A DNA stretch of 64,000 nt. Origin: Tubiluchus corallicola (Eukaryota; Animalia; Priapulida). Position numbers and translations under genes: made by a program. The DNA lies in assembly GCA_030141605.1 (NCBI GenBank), contig JAQGDQ010000474.1, positions 62,001 through 126,000 on the forward strand. Reading direction: 5' to 3'. The notes below the pieces were generated by a model that saw nothing but the letters and a program-made list of their open reading frames with translations, was not told the origin of the DNA and did not search any database. This document shows positions 51,301 to 63,654 of this stretch, piece by piece. How positions within the stretch are numbered: position 1 is the first letter of the stretch; each line of letters opens with the position of its first letter.

Positions 51301-54300
51301 GTTATTCACATATCCTGAATCTTCATTTCATGAGGATAATTTTCATACCAAGCTCATCACTCTTACATCTAAGCTGAGATAATCCACGTTGAAGTTGAGG
51401 TGCACTCTGTGCAGTGAAAAACTTGAGAAACTCGCTGTTAAAGTTAGACATTGTTTTTTGTCGCATTTCTACAAGATCACATTGAAGTTATGTTTAAATC
51501 CAGTAGATGGCTCTTACTGATGAAGTCTGGGCTTGGCAACAGAAAAACCCAAAGCGGATGATTGCTTCCATGAGCTACTATCAGAGTTTGAAAATACAAG
51601 TTTCTTATAATTGCTGTACTAGTTTCTAGCCAGAAAAGTGAATACGTGGTTGTTGGGGATAATGATACTGTCATGTGCTGCCACCTGTTAGGCCTTGAGT
51701 GAATTTCTTGCTTTAAATTTGTTAGCCTGTACTTATATACTCAGGTGATTCAATCTGGTTTTTATGCAGATATCAGTAGGACAGTAGACTGTTACACTGT
51801 CTAGGTGTTTGCTATCTGTTTTATACTTAATTTAGCCAAATTTAATGATTTGATAAATGCATGTGACCTGTTTCTGCAGTTTTCTGATGTCCTTAAGTTT
51901 AAATGGCAGGGCTGGCCAATATACGTAAGTTTAATATGATTGTTATTAATTTTTTTTGGATACTTAAAAGAGAAGTTTAATTTCTATTTCATGTAACAGT
52001 TTACTACTTTACAATTGTTGTGCTTTGTAATAATTGTGTAATTCATACCTAAATGATTTAATATTTTGATTTAGTTTCTATTTTATAATAATCTTGTATA
52101 ATCACCTGAATCTGAAAAATGCCTTTATTTTATTTTCTCAGAATAAATAACCGTTAGCAAGCCAATGCGGAATTTGAAGTTTTGTTTTGGGACATTCAGT
52201 CAGCTACAGTGGTTATAAAATTAGATTTTAATTTTTTTTTACATTTTCCTGATAATTGATGCCAGAATATAAAAGTTCAATATATATAACGTTTGTTTTT
52301 ATAAAAAAAACAAGAAATTGGCATTTGACCAAATAATTGGAGCATTCTACTTTGAAGCATCACAACATAGTTTTAACTATGGCGACATATGGACGGTTTT
52401 AACTATGGCGACATATGGACGGTTTTAACTATGGCGACATATGGACGGTTTTAACTATGGCGACATATGGACGGTTTTAACTATGGCGACATATGGACAG
52501 TTTTAACTATGGCGACATATGGACGGTTTTAACTATGGCGACATATGGACGGTTTTAACTATGGCGACATATGGACGGTTTTAACTATGGCGACATATGG
52601 ACGGTTTTAACTATGGCGACATATGGACAGTTTTAACTATGGCGACATATGGACGGTTTTAACTATGGCGACATATGGACGGTTTTAACTATGGCGACAT
52701 ATGGACAATTTTAACTATGGCGACATATGGACAGTTTTAACTATGGCGACATATGGACGGTTTTGGTTTGCAAGCACACTAATAATACAAGCATTTATGA
52801 GGTTTGTATATAGGAAAGTAGGACGCTAATAGTGATTATTTCAATAATATTCAGTTCTAAGTTTGCTAATCATACGACTGCAGTCTTATTAGGTAAAAGA
52901 TATTAAGAATTACATTCCTCAAAAGTTAAAACACATAACTTGACGCACACTGCGCAGGTAAGAATATATAGATTTTCTCTCGCGTCGACATGAAAAATTT
53001 TTTACTCACCTGATATCACTACCGTAACAAATTTTGATCCAAAATGGCCGTCGGGTGAAAGTTTGCACGGATTCGGGTACTGATTCTGGAAAGATCCTGC
53101 CATGACGACCTCCTCTGCACTTAGAAAATATGTATTCTGTAAATGAAAACAATAAAATGAAATTGCAGTAGAAGAAAAAGAGTGAAAGGCTTGTTGCTGT
53201 TACTGGAATATGTGTGATTGAATGAAAGTGCAGGCTAGCAGTACCAACAAAAAAAGCATCAATATCCAATTAGGCTGGCATTGATATAATAACTACAGCC
53301 ATATCACGCTGAAAACACCGGTTCACGTCTGATCACCGAAGTTAAGCAACGTAGAGCCTGGTTAGTACTTGGATGGGCGACTGCCTAGGAATAGCAGGTG
53401 CTCGTAGACTATGCGGAGGAGCTGTACAAGCAGCCAACGGCTAGAGGGCGGAGGAGGTCAAGTGACCCAACGGCAATGTGTAGAGGAGTGAACCTTCCAA
53501 ATCAGGAGTGGATCCCCGAAGGCGGACCACTGCAGCATGCTCACTGACTCCGGCAGCTCCTGCAGCCAACCTGGTGCCAAACGTATCGCTCCGCTTTCCT
53601 TTGGACTACACCAGAGAGGAAGAGAGTGGGTTGCTATTGTCTGGGCAATTGTGGAATGAAAACGACTTACCAAACTATTTACACTCATATCTCAGTTTAC
53701 CAGGCCTCGCTTTTACGGATATCAAAGAATCGGACAAAATCCGGACTGTTAAAAAGGTCAACATACTACGGACACAGTCTGTTGTTTCGCGAGCGGACCG
53801 CAAGTTGGCAGGCATCACTTTGTTTACATCATTACATCAGTGCAAAGCATGTGCAGACAAAAATATAGAATCAATTATGCGTCAATTGCCTATAGTTTTT
53901 ATATACTTTTGTATAGGAGTGACCACTGGATGCTCTTGAGACTATTGGGTGGGTCTAATGCACGGCGTCCACTGTATTAACTTAGTATCGTCAAATACGG
54001 ACAATTGGCAATTCGGACCGATGTCTTCTGTCCGGAAACCAATATATGAGTGCACATTGGTTGAACTGTGTTTTATAAATTGAGAAAGCGGAAAACAAAA
54101 CCACATGTAATCAGGGCCTATTTCAAGGGGGGGAAGTGGGGATACTTCCCCGGGGCCTCACCCTCCAGGGGGTCCTCGCGCCGAGGTAATATTTTTTTTT
54201 TGCTTTATGCGAACATATTGTATAACTCCATATTTTCTCTTCGAAAATGCTTCTCCGGTGTTTTAGCAGTTCAAAAATTTTCTGGCCGACCCCCCCCCCA

Positions 54301-57300
54301 GAGGAGGCCTCACATACCCCAGCGGCGGATTATGATTTTATGGGCCTTAGGCTTGAGCTTGGAACGGGCCTTTTAAATGTTGCTACACTGCTGAGCTGAC
54401 GTGTTTTTGTGGAGCTCTCGTCGTTTGTAAAGGATGACAAATTAAAGAATTTATCACTGATGCATATTGAGTCAGATATGTTGAAAAAAATGGACTTTTC
54501 AGAAATTATAACTGACTTTGCCCCCAGAAAAATTCGGAAACTGAAATTTTGAACTTAAACTGTGTAAACGTGAATTGTGTAAACTTAAATTGTGTAAACG
54601 TGAATTGTGTAAACGTGAATTGTGTAAACCCGATTTGAAATATAGTGACTGACTTTTGAAAAAAAAACTTTTTTGTATATTTTATTTTGGCGGGCCCCTT
54701 GCTCTTTTGTCAATTTATTTTTTTTACAAAACAATTTTTTTTTCGTTTTATTTTGCCGGGCCCCTTTTGATCCCGGGCCTTAGGCTTCAGCCTATTCAGC
54801 CTATAGGGCTATCCGCTACAGACACACCCCAATTCCCCGGGCCTCGCTTAGGCTGAAATAGGCCCTGCATATAATTACCATATTTCTAAAGTGCTTGACA
54901 GTTCCAGCTCTCGCATTTTCAGTGATGAGGTCGGTAAATATCCAGCCGACTCGCTTCAGGCCGAGTTCGGTAGCAATGTTGTCTATCACTTCAGCTTTGT
55001 CATCCTCTAACAGTTCCATTCCATTTACGGAATTTACCTAGCAATGCACGAACAAAAAATCAATAAATTAATACTACATGCTGCAAATAAGTGAATAAAA
55101 GTCCATACAGGGTGTCCATAAAGTCTGGGTACGTGAGTGGAACCATGCAGATTATTTTATTAAGTAGGCATAACTACATGCCAAATTATGACAAGTCACA
55201 GATTATAGGCATTCTTTTGAAACTTAATAGGAATATATAAAGAAATCTTTATTTGCCCCGTTTATTTTACTATTTTCTCCTGACTTTAAACTAAAATTTA
55301 ACAGTCAGTAAATTTTGCATCTTCCTTTCCTGAATATTGACAGGTATCAATTAAAAAATAAAACAAATGATCAGTACCGGATTGCGAAAATCTGCGAGAA
55401 TAACTGGGCACCTGTATTGCACTAAGAGAGTAATGTAAATCCAAAGTTTACAAAGATAATTGTCTAGCCTGCATTAGATCTACTCTCAATGTAATAAAAA
55501 CAATCAACCAACGCGGGGGACCAATTTGGCAAGTGCATGAAGAAGTTCTGAAGGTAATTGCTAAGACACTGGATTACAGGTAGAATTCAAGTAGAATACA
55601 GGTGAGCTTTATTTATACATCATTAATAACACTATACATTGCTCTCTCAGTTTAAGTCACGTGCTTACTCAATGATCTCTGAAAGCCAACTGCCCAGGTA
55701 AGTTTTTTCCATGAAGCAAGGAAGCCAGCTATTCCATGAAGGTAAATGTTATGCATACTAGTTCAAGGATGAAAGTTTAGACTGTATATAAAGAAACTGA
55801 CTTATTTTATAGCTGAAATTTCTTGTGTGGGATTTTTGATGTTTTAACAAGAGAATGTAATAATATGACTAATTATCATAATTAAGAACTAATAAAAAAT
55901 AAGATAAAGAAATCGTGAGGTTTTTACGACAAAGTGATAATTAAGATAAAACAAATGGATAATAATGTTTAAGAAAGCGCAAACATGAAATGACATTTTC
56001 ATGTTAATAATCTTCTGTAATCTTGTCCAAATCAGCCAAGTTTAAATTTTCAAATCCTTCTGCGATGCTGTCAACTTTCTGCGATGCTGTCAACTTTCTG
56101 CGATGCTGTCAACTTTTCTAGATTTTTCAGAAGTTCCAGTCTGACAAAATGCACACGAAGGCGGTAAAGATACAGATCATTTCTCTACACCAACCATAAT
56201 GTTCACCAAACATTTGTGACACATGCCAATCCAAATATCTTACATAAGCAGGGTTCACAATAGTTTCACATATTATAAGTGCCTGACTCTACACAAGTAC
56301 ATACAAAATTATTCGCTATACAAAAGCAGATAAACGAATCAGAAAAACTACGAGATTTATGACGCCGTTCAATATTCCTTTTTCCAAATCAGGTCAAAAA
56401 AATTTCACAAGTGTCGAATAATAATTACCTGTGGAGGTTCGTAAATGGCTACTACCGTTGCCTTTATACCCAGAGGCACGTCTTTGTGGTGCTCGTATCG
56501 ACCGAAGAGGAAACCGATACGCTGCTGTCCGCTCTTCCGCCAAAAGTCGAGAAACTTGTCCACAATATCACCGTTCTCAAAGCTAATGTTGTCCACGTGT
56601 CTGTACAACTGCAATAATTAAAATGTTCGTTAAGAAAAACCAACAGCTTAGATATAGTGACAAAGACACATGCAGACAAATTTGTACTGATTCATAAAAC
56701 ATATAGTCTAGCCTCGTTATCTCGCCCCTCGTTATGCCGCCAAACTCGTCTCTCACCATAGAAAGTACCAGGACGGATTTCCTGCTTTGATATTTACCTC
56801 GTTAAGTCACCACCCTCGCTTCTCGCCCCCGCCACGTCATGCTAGGATGAGTGCTTATGTAAACTATATTCGTTATGTCGCCAAACAGACAAACTCTGAG
56901 GTGAATCGATCTATACATATACCGCGTGTCGATCAATATAACCGCGGTATGTAGACAATGCTGCGACGATATTCAAGGATTGTGTTTGATTAAACGTCGT
57001 GTTGACTGCTTGTGTGTATCACCAATGAAACAGTCGTCTCTTCTGAATTATTTAAGTCATCAGTAACTTATTTGTGAACATTTCTAAATCTTTTTCTAAG
57101 TTTATTGCATTTAAGTGTATACTCGAAAAAAGGTTTTTTAAATAAAAAAGTAACATTCTAAGATTATTTTTATGACATTCTTTCATTTCTGATTTAATGT
57201 TGATTGGTATCATAATGCGAAATATATTTTATATGTACACAGGGGAACACTATGTTAATCAACTATTATGTACAGTATGTATATACATATAGACTAACTT

Positions 57301-60300
57301 CGTTATATTCCCGTTATCTCGCCATACTCGCCTCTCGCCAAAAATTTGCCCTAAACGGACAGTGGCGAGATAACGAGTCTAGACTGTATATGCAAACCAA
57401 AAGTGCTTTTCCAAACTCGCTGTTTTAATAAAATTTTAGCGTCAATGCTACTAACACTGACAGCAGAAAATATTTTACTTATAATTTGCTTCGAAAAATT
57501 GAATTTCGGGAATTTTGAATAAAAAAGCCAAAATCTATAAAAAATAGTAATAACTTGATCATCATTATTATTACAAGGCCAACACAATCCTTCATATAGA
57601 AACCAATCAAACTACAGTACTATATTATAGTATAAATATAATTATGCATTTTTAGCCAAACAAATTTCTCATGTAAATTTAGTATCCAGTAATTTTCTGG
57701 TGCCAGTTTTACTGTGGAGTTAAAGAAGGGATGTATAAAAGTGAATTCTATTAAACTCACTGAAACACTTGCTAAACAGGTACAGTAAGTCCTTGCTTAA
57801 TGACGCCATGTTTAGCGATGTTTCATTTTAACGACGCAGAACATTTGACGCCTTTTTTTACTTAAAGACGCCACCAGGACTTAAATGTCAATGAAAGATC
57901 TACTAATTAATGAATATACTCTTATATTAATATTCTTGGTATCTTAATATATATATATTTATTTATATATAAGATTCGAGGCTACAGCCCGGACAAGGGC
58001 ACCATTTGCGGCGATCTATATATCAAACGAAAGGTCTCGATCTAGTGTCGTCTCATTGGGGGTTTATTTTTCTAATCGGGCCCACCGGGAGGTTTTTCGG
58101 GCGTTTTTTGCAAAAGTTATACGGCTGAGATGTAGAGAACGGGAACGGGTCGAGGGTGGTGCTGGGCGTGGATAGATAGCCCGTTCAGCGATGGGTGTCA
58201 TAGGCCTATTTAGAGTTCCCGAGAGGGCCACGGCGTCCCGCAACGGGCATTTTCCCGGACCCAAATCGCGATTTTGTCGAAATTTTGATCAAACAGCATG
58301 CGAAAAAAACGTTCTAGCGGCGCCTGGTGGGACTCTCGGAAGGAGATATATAGCTCTTTGCAAAGAGGAAGGACAGGGCTACACGATGATGTGGGTTATA
58401 TTTTAGGGCAGGTCCACTGAGAGGAGTATCAACGAGTTAATTAGTTCTATTTTCGGCAATTTTCACTTAGAAAACTGCTGACGCAAAGGCATTGTTCTGA
58501 CGTCATCCATTGTACTCTACTCTGCTTATAACTTTAATTCAGCAAAAAGCTACAGGCTTTGCGTTAGTTAAACAAAAAGTAGGCATGATGTTACGGGCTT
58601 TGTGTTATACATGAGGACTGTGTAGGATGTTCGCGTATTATTGATTATACGTGTATTTATACGCAAAATCTTTTGCGGGGCCTTTGCTAGTATATATTAA
58701 TACATAATTACCACACAAACAAAATTTCGCGTTCGCGCCACTAGTTCTTCGCTGTTGCACGCATTTCGCGATTCGCTAGTTAGACGGGCATAAGCGCTGC
58801 ATTTCGGAAACGCATTGTACAAAATACAGGTGCTGTGCCTCTCAATTCAGATGTGTTAGTTTGTGATGAACTGCACACGTTTGGCAGCTCATGCACGAGT
58901 GCAGCGGTAAATTTGAAATTTGAATTTCTATCTCAAAACTTGCATAGTTTTAGTACAACACACTGAATATCTTACAGTAGTAATCTTTTCGCTTTCGCAA
59001 ACACGTGCAACACGCTCATGGAATATATTTGCTGTTGAGATTGGGTTAGTTTATGATGTCATCAATAGTGGGCTCGCCCGCCATTAATTAAATATATACT
59101 AAATATTATCAATTTAAGCTAGCTAAGAAAGTAAAATTATATACGTGATTTCGAGCAAGCAGAAATAAATTAATCTGTAGAAACATGAATAAAACTCATA
59201 AATCATTTAATTTATATGATTTAAGCAGCATTGATTTTTGCCTCTGGAACGTATCTCAATTCTTCTACATTACTTTCTATGGAAGTCTTGACTTCAATTA
59301 ACGATGTTTCGCTTAGCACCGCATTTTCTTGGAACGCATTAGCGTCGTTAAACGACGACTTACTGTATACAAGATTAGCTGCAAGTTGTCGCAACATACA
59401 ATTGCTTTTATAGTCTCAACAAAAATGTAGAAAAAACTTTCTGTGTAAAAACCTATGATCTAAATTCATACCTGTCTGTTCAAAGTGACGGCATTTGGCT
59501 GACACTTTGTGCAAATGCCTTCAGGCCACGGCGGATGACCCATGCAACCTGCTTTTATCTTACAGCTTATGTTTTCCAACATTGCAAACTTTCCTCTGCA
59601 AACAGACGAAAAGTGCATCAATTCTTTTGAAGAGAAAATTGAAATATCTTTGAAAGCTCCACCTAAAAGTAATTCCTTTTGCTATGACCAACAAGTACAC
59701 AATAATAAATGCAGGGCAAATACAGGAATTCTTAGCCGGAATTAAAATGATTTTTTAAGGCTGGTTGATTAATAGCAGCTAGCTGAAAATTAAGTTGTTA
59801 GATTCTTGAAGAATTAGTGTTGATTTCCAATAAGAGCCTTTTCTAGCTACTAAAATTAGGGGTTCTGACTTTTCAAAGTAAAGAGGTGATAAGATACGTC
59901 AGGTAAAGGCAGTTGTACTGGAAATCTGCCATCGGCAGGCTTTCCGGCCTTCGCTTGTTGTTGCCTTTGGCCACCTTGTGGTGATTTTTTGGCCTGGACA
60001 CGTGATCAGTTTGATCGGTGTCAGAGGCGTGTGAAGTGAGGACGCGTCATGGTGGGTTGATTAAATGTTGTCGTTATCTGTTGCAATTGCTTATGATTTG
60101 GGGCTAAAAACGTACGTATATACTCAAATTATTTTATAAAATTTAAATTTACTATTAGATAACAGCTATTTATTGATTAATGCAACAGCACAGTATGAAA
60201 CTCTGAATTATGTAAAATTGACTTTTGGCTAGTGTTATTTATTTTTTGTCATTTGTTTATGGTTTTGTTTAGATGGAATGATATGTTTTGGTAAATAAAC

Positions 60301-62151
60301 AGGGAAGAAGAGCAAAATGTATCTAGCTTCAAATTTGGTTTTGAAAGCCCAAACATTTTTAAATGATGCATTTTACATCAGATAGAAACTACTGGAAGCG
60401 TTTAGTACGTTATATAAAGTCATGTATGCATTGGAATATTTTACAGCAGTGCAAAACTGAACAGAAAAGAAAACCCAATTATGAACAATAATAAATCTTT
60501 CCCTTTTCATCAATTTTAACTTTCCACTCTTCGAGTTTCACCCAATTTAGATCTTGAAGATCTAATATAAACCAAGTTTTAGCATAAAAATTATCAACAC
60601 CATTTAACATTACAATATGGCACCTAATCTACGACCATATCACATTGAAAACACCGGTTCTCGTCTGATCACCAAAGTTAAGCAACATAGAGCCTGGTTA
60701 GTACTTGGATGCATGACCGTCTAGAAATACCAGGTGCTGTAGGCTTGCGGGATGCCCACACTGTATCTCGACACTAGGCGGAGGAGCTGCACAAGCAGCC
60801 AACGGCTAGAGGGCGGAGGAGGTCAAGTGACCCAATGGCCATGTGTAGAGGAGTAAACCTTCCAAATCAGGAGTGGAGCCCCAAAGACGGACCAGTGCAG
60901 CATGCTCACTGATTCCGGCAGCTCCTGCAGCCAACCTGGTGCCAAACGTATCGCACAACTTTCCTTTGGACTACACCAGGGAGGAAGAGAGGGGGTTCCT
61001 GTTGTCTGGTCAATTCAGGATCTCCATACACCTTGCCCAGGCGTGCGCCCTGGAGAGGTTCAAGAATCGCACTGCTCAGCCACAGTCGACGCTGCAGCTC
61101 CATCAATGTGATCAATAACTGACTCTCTTGGTGCACACTCCATTGTCTTCCGAGACAGAAGGATGCCAACCACAACCAACCAACCAACATTCACAAACAT
61201 CTCGGAAATTCATGATAACTTAAGGTTCATAAAATAAGATTTTGTTGCAGGAATTAAAGTTTATAAAGAAGAAATTTTATTAAGAAGAAAGAAAACAGTA
61301 AGCACTCACTTGCTGACTCCACATGTTAGTTTGCGTATATAAGAATGAAATGACATGTGCCTAATGTTTTGCTCCCGTAGGTAACCCTCATCCCAAGGAT
61401 CTAGCGGAGTGCAATGTATGCACTTCTCCCGTTTATTATGTTGGCAGCTAAAACAGATGACAAAAAACTAGAAAATTGTTTTCAGCGTTGAAAATAAACC
61501 TTTGTTTCTAAGAAAAAGTTCCAACAGGTACAAATAAGGCATTATGACAGCACTACGAATAATATAATTAATTTGTACAAATTGTGTTGCCCATCCACCT
61601 TCAGTTTCTGACCAGTCGAACTATCTGGAAAATGTTCCGTTTTGTACATTACGTGTCTGTAACTATCTGGAAATGTTCCATTTTGTACATTACGTGTTTA
61701 TAACTATCTGGAAATGTTCCATTTTGTACATTACGAGTTTATAACTATCTGGAAATGTTCCATTTTGTACATTACGCTTTTATAACTATCTGGAAATGTT
61801 CCATTTTGTACATTACGTGTTTAAAACTTTTGCAATGAACTATAGAAAAAAGACGTTTTTTAGTTTTTAAGCTTTGTACTGATGGCTAACTGGACACAGA
61901 TGTCAGAAGCACGGTCAAACACACACATAAACCTCAAAACCCTAGTTGATTTACAAGTAAAATACCTTAATTACAACTAAAATAAATGGAAAACTTACTA
62001 TTTTGGATCAGGTGATCTCTCAATTACGCCACTTTGTTTGTTCAAGAACACATCAATGTCATCTTCGACTACAAATCTTGAATCAACCGGCTCGCTGTTT
62101 GAAGCTCCTATAAGATCACCAACTGGTTCAAGTAGTAACATGTCTCCATGC
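45304..62151 (-). CDS. NPLOC4: Nuclear protein localization protein 4 homolog (p97/Cdc48 cofactor); 10 coding exons, 5' part not seen in window
   Basis: Exons 62151-61999, 61447-61310, 59595-59472, 56608-56429, 55037-54879, 53136-53010, 50284-50124, 48448-48272, 46587-46356, 45431-45304, all GT-AG with consistent phases. Motifs [91 protein letters not shown], and a terminal NZF finger [24 protein letters not shown]. Confidence 0.95.
45648..46086. repeat. Minisatellite, 26-bp unit gactagaagcacaggtacaccaacgt, ~17 copies
   Basis: Tandem periodicity in the last NPLOC4 intron. Confidence 0.95.
46668..48037. repeat. Minisatellite, 22-bp unit cagtggaattgtgcagtattat, ~60 copies
   Basis: Fills most of an NPLOC4 intron; variant units recur in blocks. 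Confidence 0.97.
50405..50612. repeat. Minisatellite, 24-bp unit aaacaaactgagtatagcgcagtc, ~8-9 copies
   Basis: Tandem periodicity. Confidence 0.95.
51651..52208 (+). mobile_element. Solo LTR (558 bp)
   Basis: TGTTG...TACA termini, perfect 5-bp TSD gtggt, aataaa ~65 bp before the 3' end; absent at the homologous site of copy B. Confidence 0.8.
52372..52764. repeat. Minisatellite, 26-bp unit ttttaactatggcgacatatggacgg, ~15 copies
   Basis: Tandem periodicity; a single related unit is present in copies A and B of family X. Confidence 0.95.
53291..53650 (+). mobile_element. 5S rRNA-headed SINE (SINE3-like), copy 1, 3'-truncated
   Basis: 53291-53410 is a full-length diverged 5S sequence (...tgatcaccgaagttaagca...ttagtacttggatggg.gac.gcc..ggaata) fused to a body shared with 60627-61188. 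Confidence 0.85.
54112..54867. mobile_element. hAT-type MITE (copy 2) next to an NPLOC4 splice donor
   Basis: TIRs cagggcctatttca / tgaaataggccctg; 8-bp TSD catgtaat/catataat. Confidence 0.85.
54320..54821 (+). mobile_element. Nested non-autonomous hAT (Tip100-like) element with transposase C-terminal remnant
   Basis: TIRs cagcggcggat / atccgctacag, TSD acataccc/acacaccc; encodes [35 protein letters not shown]; contains a 15-bp x~5 array at ~54556-54629. Confidence 0.78.
56058..56116. repeat. 19-bp x3 tandem repeat ttctgcgatgctgtcaact
   Basis: Direct tandem copies. Confidence 0.9.
56704..57386 (+). mobile_element. pogo/Tigger-like element copy 3, ORF-less variant
   Basis: Same arms as 7351-8850 in opposite orientation, TA flanks; middle (~56965-57140) is different and has no HTH ORF. 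Confidence 0.88.
57783..59365. mobile_element. Tigger-like MITE (family 3, copy 2) hosting nested insertions
   Basis: ta|cagtaagtccttgcttaatgacgc ... gcgtcgttaaacgacgacttactg|ta. Confidence 0.8.
57942..58690 (+). mobile_element. Non-autonomous Helitron
   Basis: 3' hairpin cgcaaaa-tc-ttttgcg followed ~10 nt later by CTAG|t; AT-rich 5' end starting a|tc (5' boundary approximate); no TIR or TSD. Confidence 0.7.
60627..61188 (+). mobile_element. 5S rRNA-headed SINE (SINE3-like), copy 2, apparently full length
   Basis: 5S head 60627-60746, shared body, 3' end ccattgtcttccgagacagaaggatgcc plus (caac)n tail. Confidence 0.85.
61619..61822. repeat. Minisatellite, 41-bp unit, ~5 copies
   Basis: aactatctggaaatgttccattttgtacattacgtgtttat repeated. 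Confidence 0.93.
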
Positions 62152-62430
62152 CTGAAGCAAAAGCAAAACTGGCAAAAAACATGCGCTGCATTTTTCTTAC
62201 AAAGTTTGGCATTACACGCGCTTTCAATGTGCGCGCTTACACTGGCAAGTTTCAACACGCGTTTCTGTACGCAGGAGAATATATTTCCATGTGCGTGGAA
62301 ACCCAGAATTAGAATGCCATCAGGTCCCCAGGAAATCCTCATGTGTTCCACGCAAAATAATCAATATGTCTTGCAAACAGCTAGTGCTGCTGGTTTGTTT
62401 TGTATTTGCTGTGTTTCTCTTCACCTGATT

Positions 62431-62929
62431 CTTCTTCTTCTTCTTCCCAGCTTTTCCCTATGCGGGGTCGCCGTTGTGAATGAGTCTTCTCCACGCATTC
62501 CTGTTGTTGACCATCTCTTCATTTATGTCTTCCCTTCCCACATGATCTTCACCGACTCTTCTTTTCAGGTGTCCATACCATCGCAATCTTGAGAGGCTTC
62601 CACTACTTTTACTGTTCCTCTGATATTATTATTTCTAATTTTATCTTTTCTTGTTATTCCCAGCATCCATCTCAACATCCTCATCTCCACCACACCCATT
62701 TTCTTTTCTTCGGTCTTCTTTAGAGAAGCTGCTTCCAGCCCATAGATTAGAGCAGGTCTGACCACTTCTTTGTGGACTTTCCCTTTAAGTCTCACCAACT
62801 CATTCATAGAAGGTTTTGGCGCAGTGTTTATAGGCGGATGCCCTTCCTGACCCTAACCCTCCCTATTTATCCGGGCCTGGGACCGGCACGGAGTTGGGCT
62901 GGCTTGCCCTCCCCCAGGGGCTAGGTTCC
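62431..62929 (-). mobile_element. Internally deleted (bipartite) RTE-clade retroelement
   Basis: Perfect 14-bp TSD ctcttcacctgatt (62417-62430 / 62930-62943); (GAA)n tail; LKGKV...VVRPA..YG.E......EMRMLRWM.G.TR.DKIRN..IRG motif; RTE-like 5' segment at 62810-62929. Confidence 0.85.
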
Positions 62930-62943
62930 CTCTTCACCTGATT

Positions 62944-63170
62944 AATACCTCAGAAAGGGAAGAAGCACACTCCAGTTTCTCTTCTGACATACGGTAATAT
63001 TTGTATTTGTCACATTTCTGACTGTCCAGGCATACGTACAGCTCTGTCACCGGGTGATACTGTCCTCCAAACTCATGTCGTTGTTTGAGTGTGTCATGGA
63101 CCCAGAACATGTGACTTCCGTGTTCATCACGCATTGATAGTAATGCAACAAACAATTCCTCTGTCTTCAC
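62944..63170 (-). pseudogene. Harbinger-type transposase N-terminal relic interrupted by the RTE insertion
   Basis: FWVH..L..R.EFG..YH...EL...D......Y.RMS...L resembles PIF/Harbinger transposase N-termini. Confidence 0.5.
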
Positions 63171-63654
63171 CGGAGAACGTCAAGAGTTCCAATCTGCTGC
63201 TAGCCGTGATTATGGTATTTATACAGTGTATGCATGCGCAAGTGTCCTTTTACCCAACTCGCTGGCAGAAAAGTCGGTCTTCAAGCGACTTTTCTGCCTG
63301 CGAGGAAATACCAGCGTGCGGAAACACCCACACGGAAACAGTGGCACACAGCCACAGTGAACTTTCACTTTTCTGCACACTGCAACAAACATGAAATTGT
63401 GTGCACTTGGAAAGTTTGCCTTAGGCAGAACTCAGCACCCAATGACTAATCCAAACATGAATAATCCTTTAAAGGTAAACAGGACGGTTTTTTATATCCT
63501 GCCCCATTTTGAAGTACAGTCAAAGTATGCATTTTAACACCTATATTAATGCGAAAATGTTTAAGGTCATTAAATAATAGGTTAAAAACTTAATTAATGG
63601 CCGGGGAACATAGTTATTGAAGATGTCAGAACTAAGCATGATTTTTAAAAGCAT

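Larger units (their letters stand above)
51066..52780 (+). mobile_element. Dispersed repeat family X copy C (with LTR insert and 26-bp array)
   Basis: Colinear with 23260-24004 from gtagatcacccctc to ggttttggtttgcaagcacac. Confidence 0.78.

Noticed and set aside
45648-52764. Arrays of 22-26 bp repeats as CRISPR-like arrays
   Set aside because: Units are head-to-tail with no unique spacers, lie in spliceosomal introns, and no cas-like ORF is present.
53291-53410. Functional 5S rRNA genes (also 60627-60746)
   Set aside because: The two copies are diverged from each other, lack an oligo-T terminator and are fused to a common retroposon-like body.
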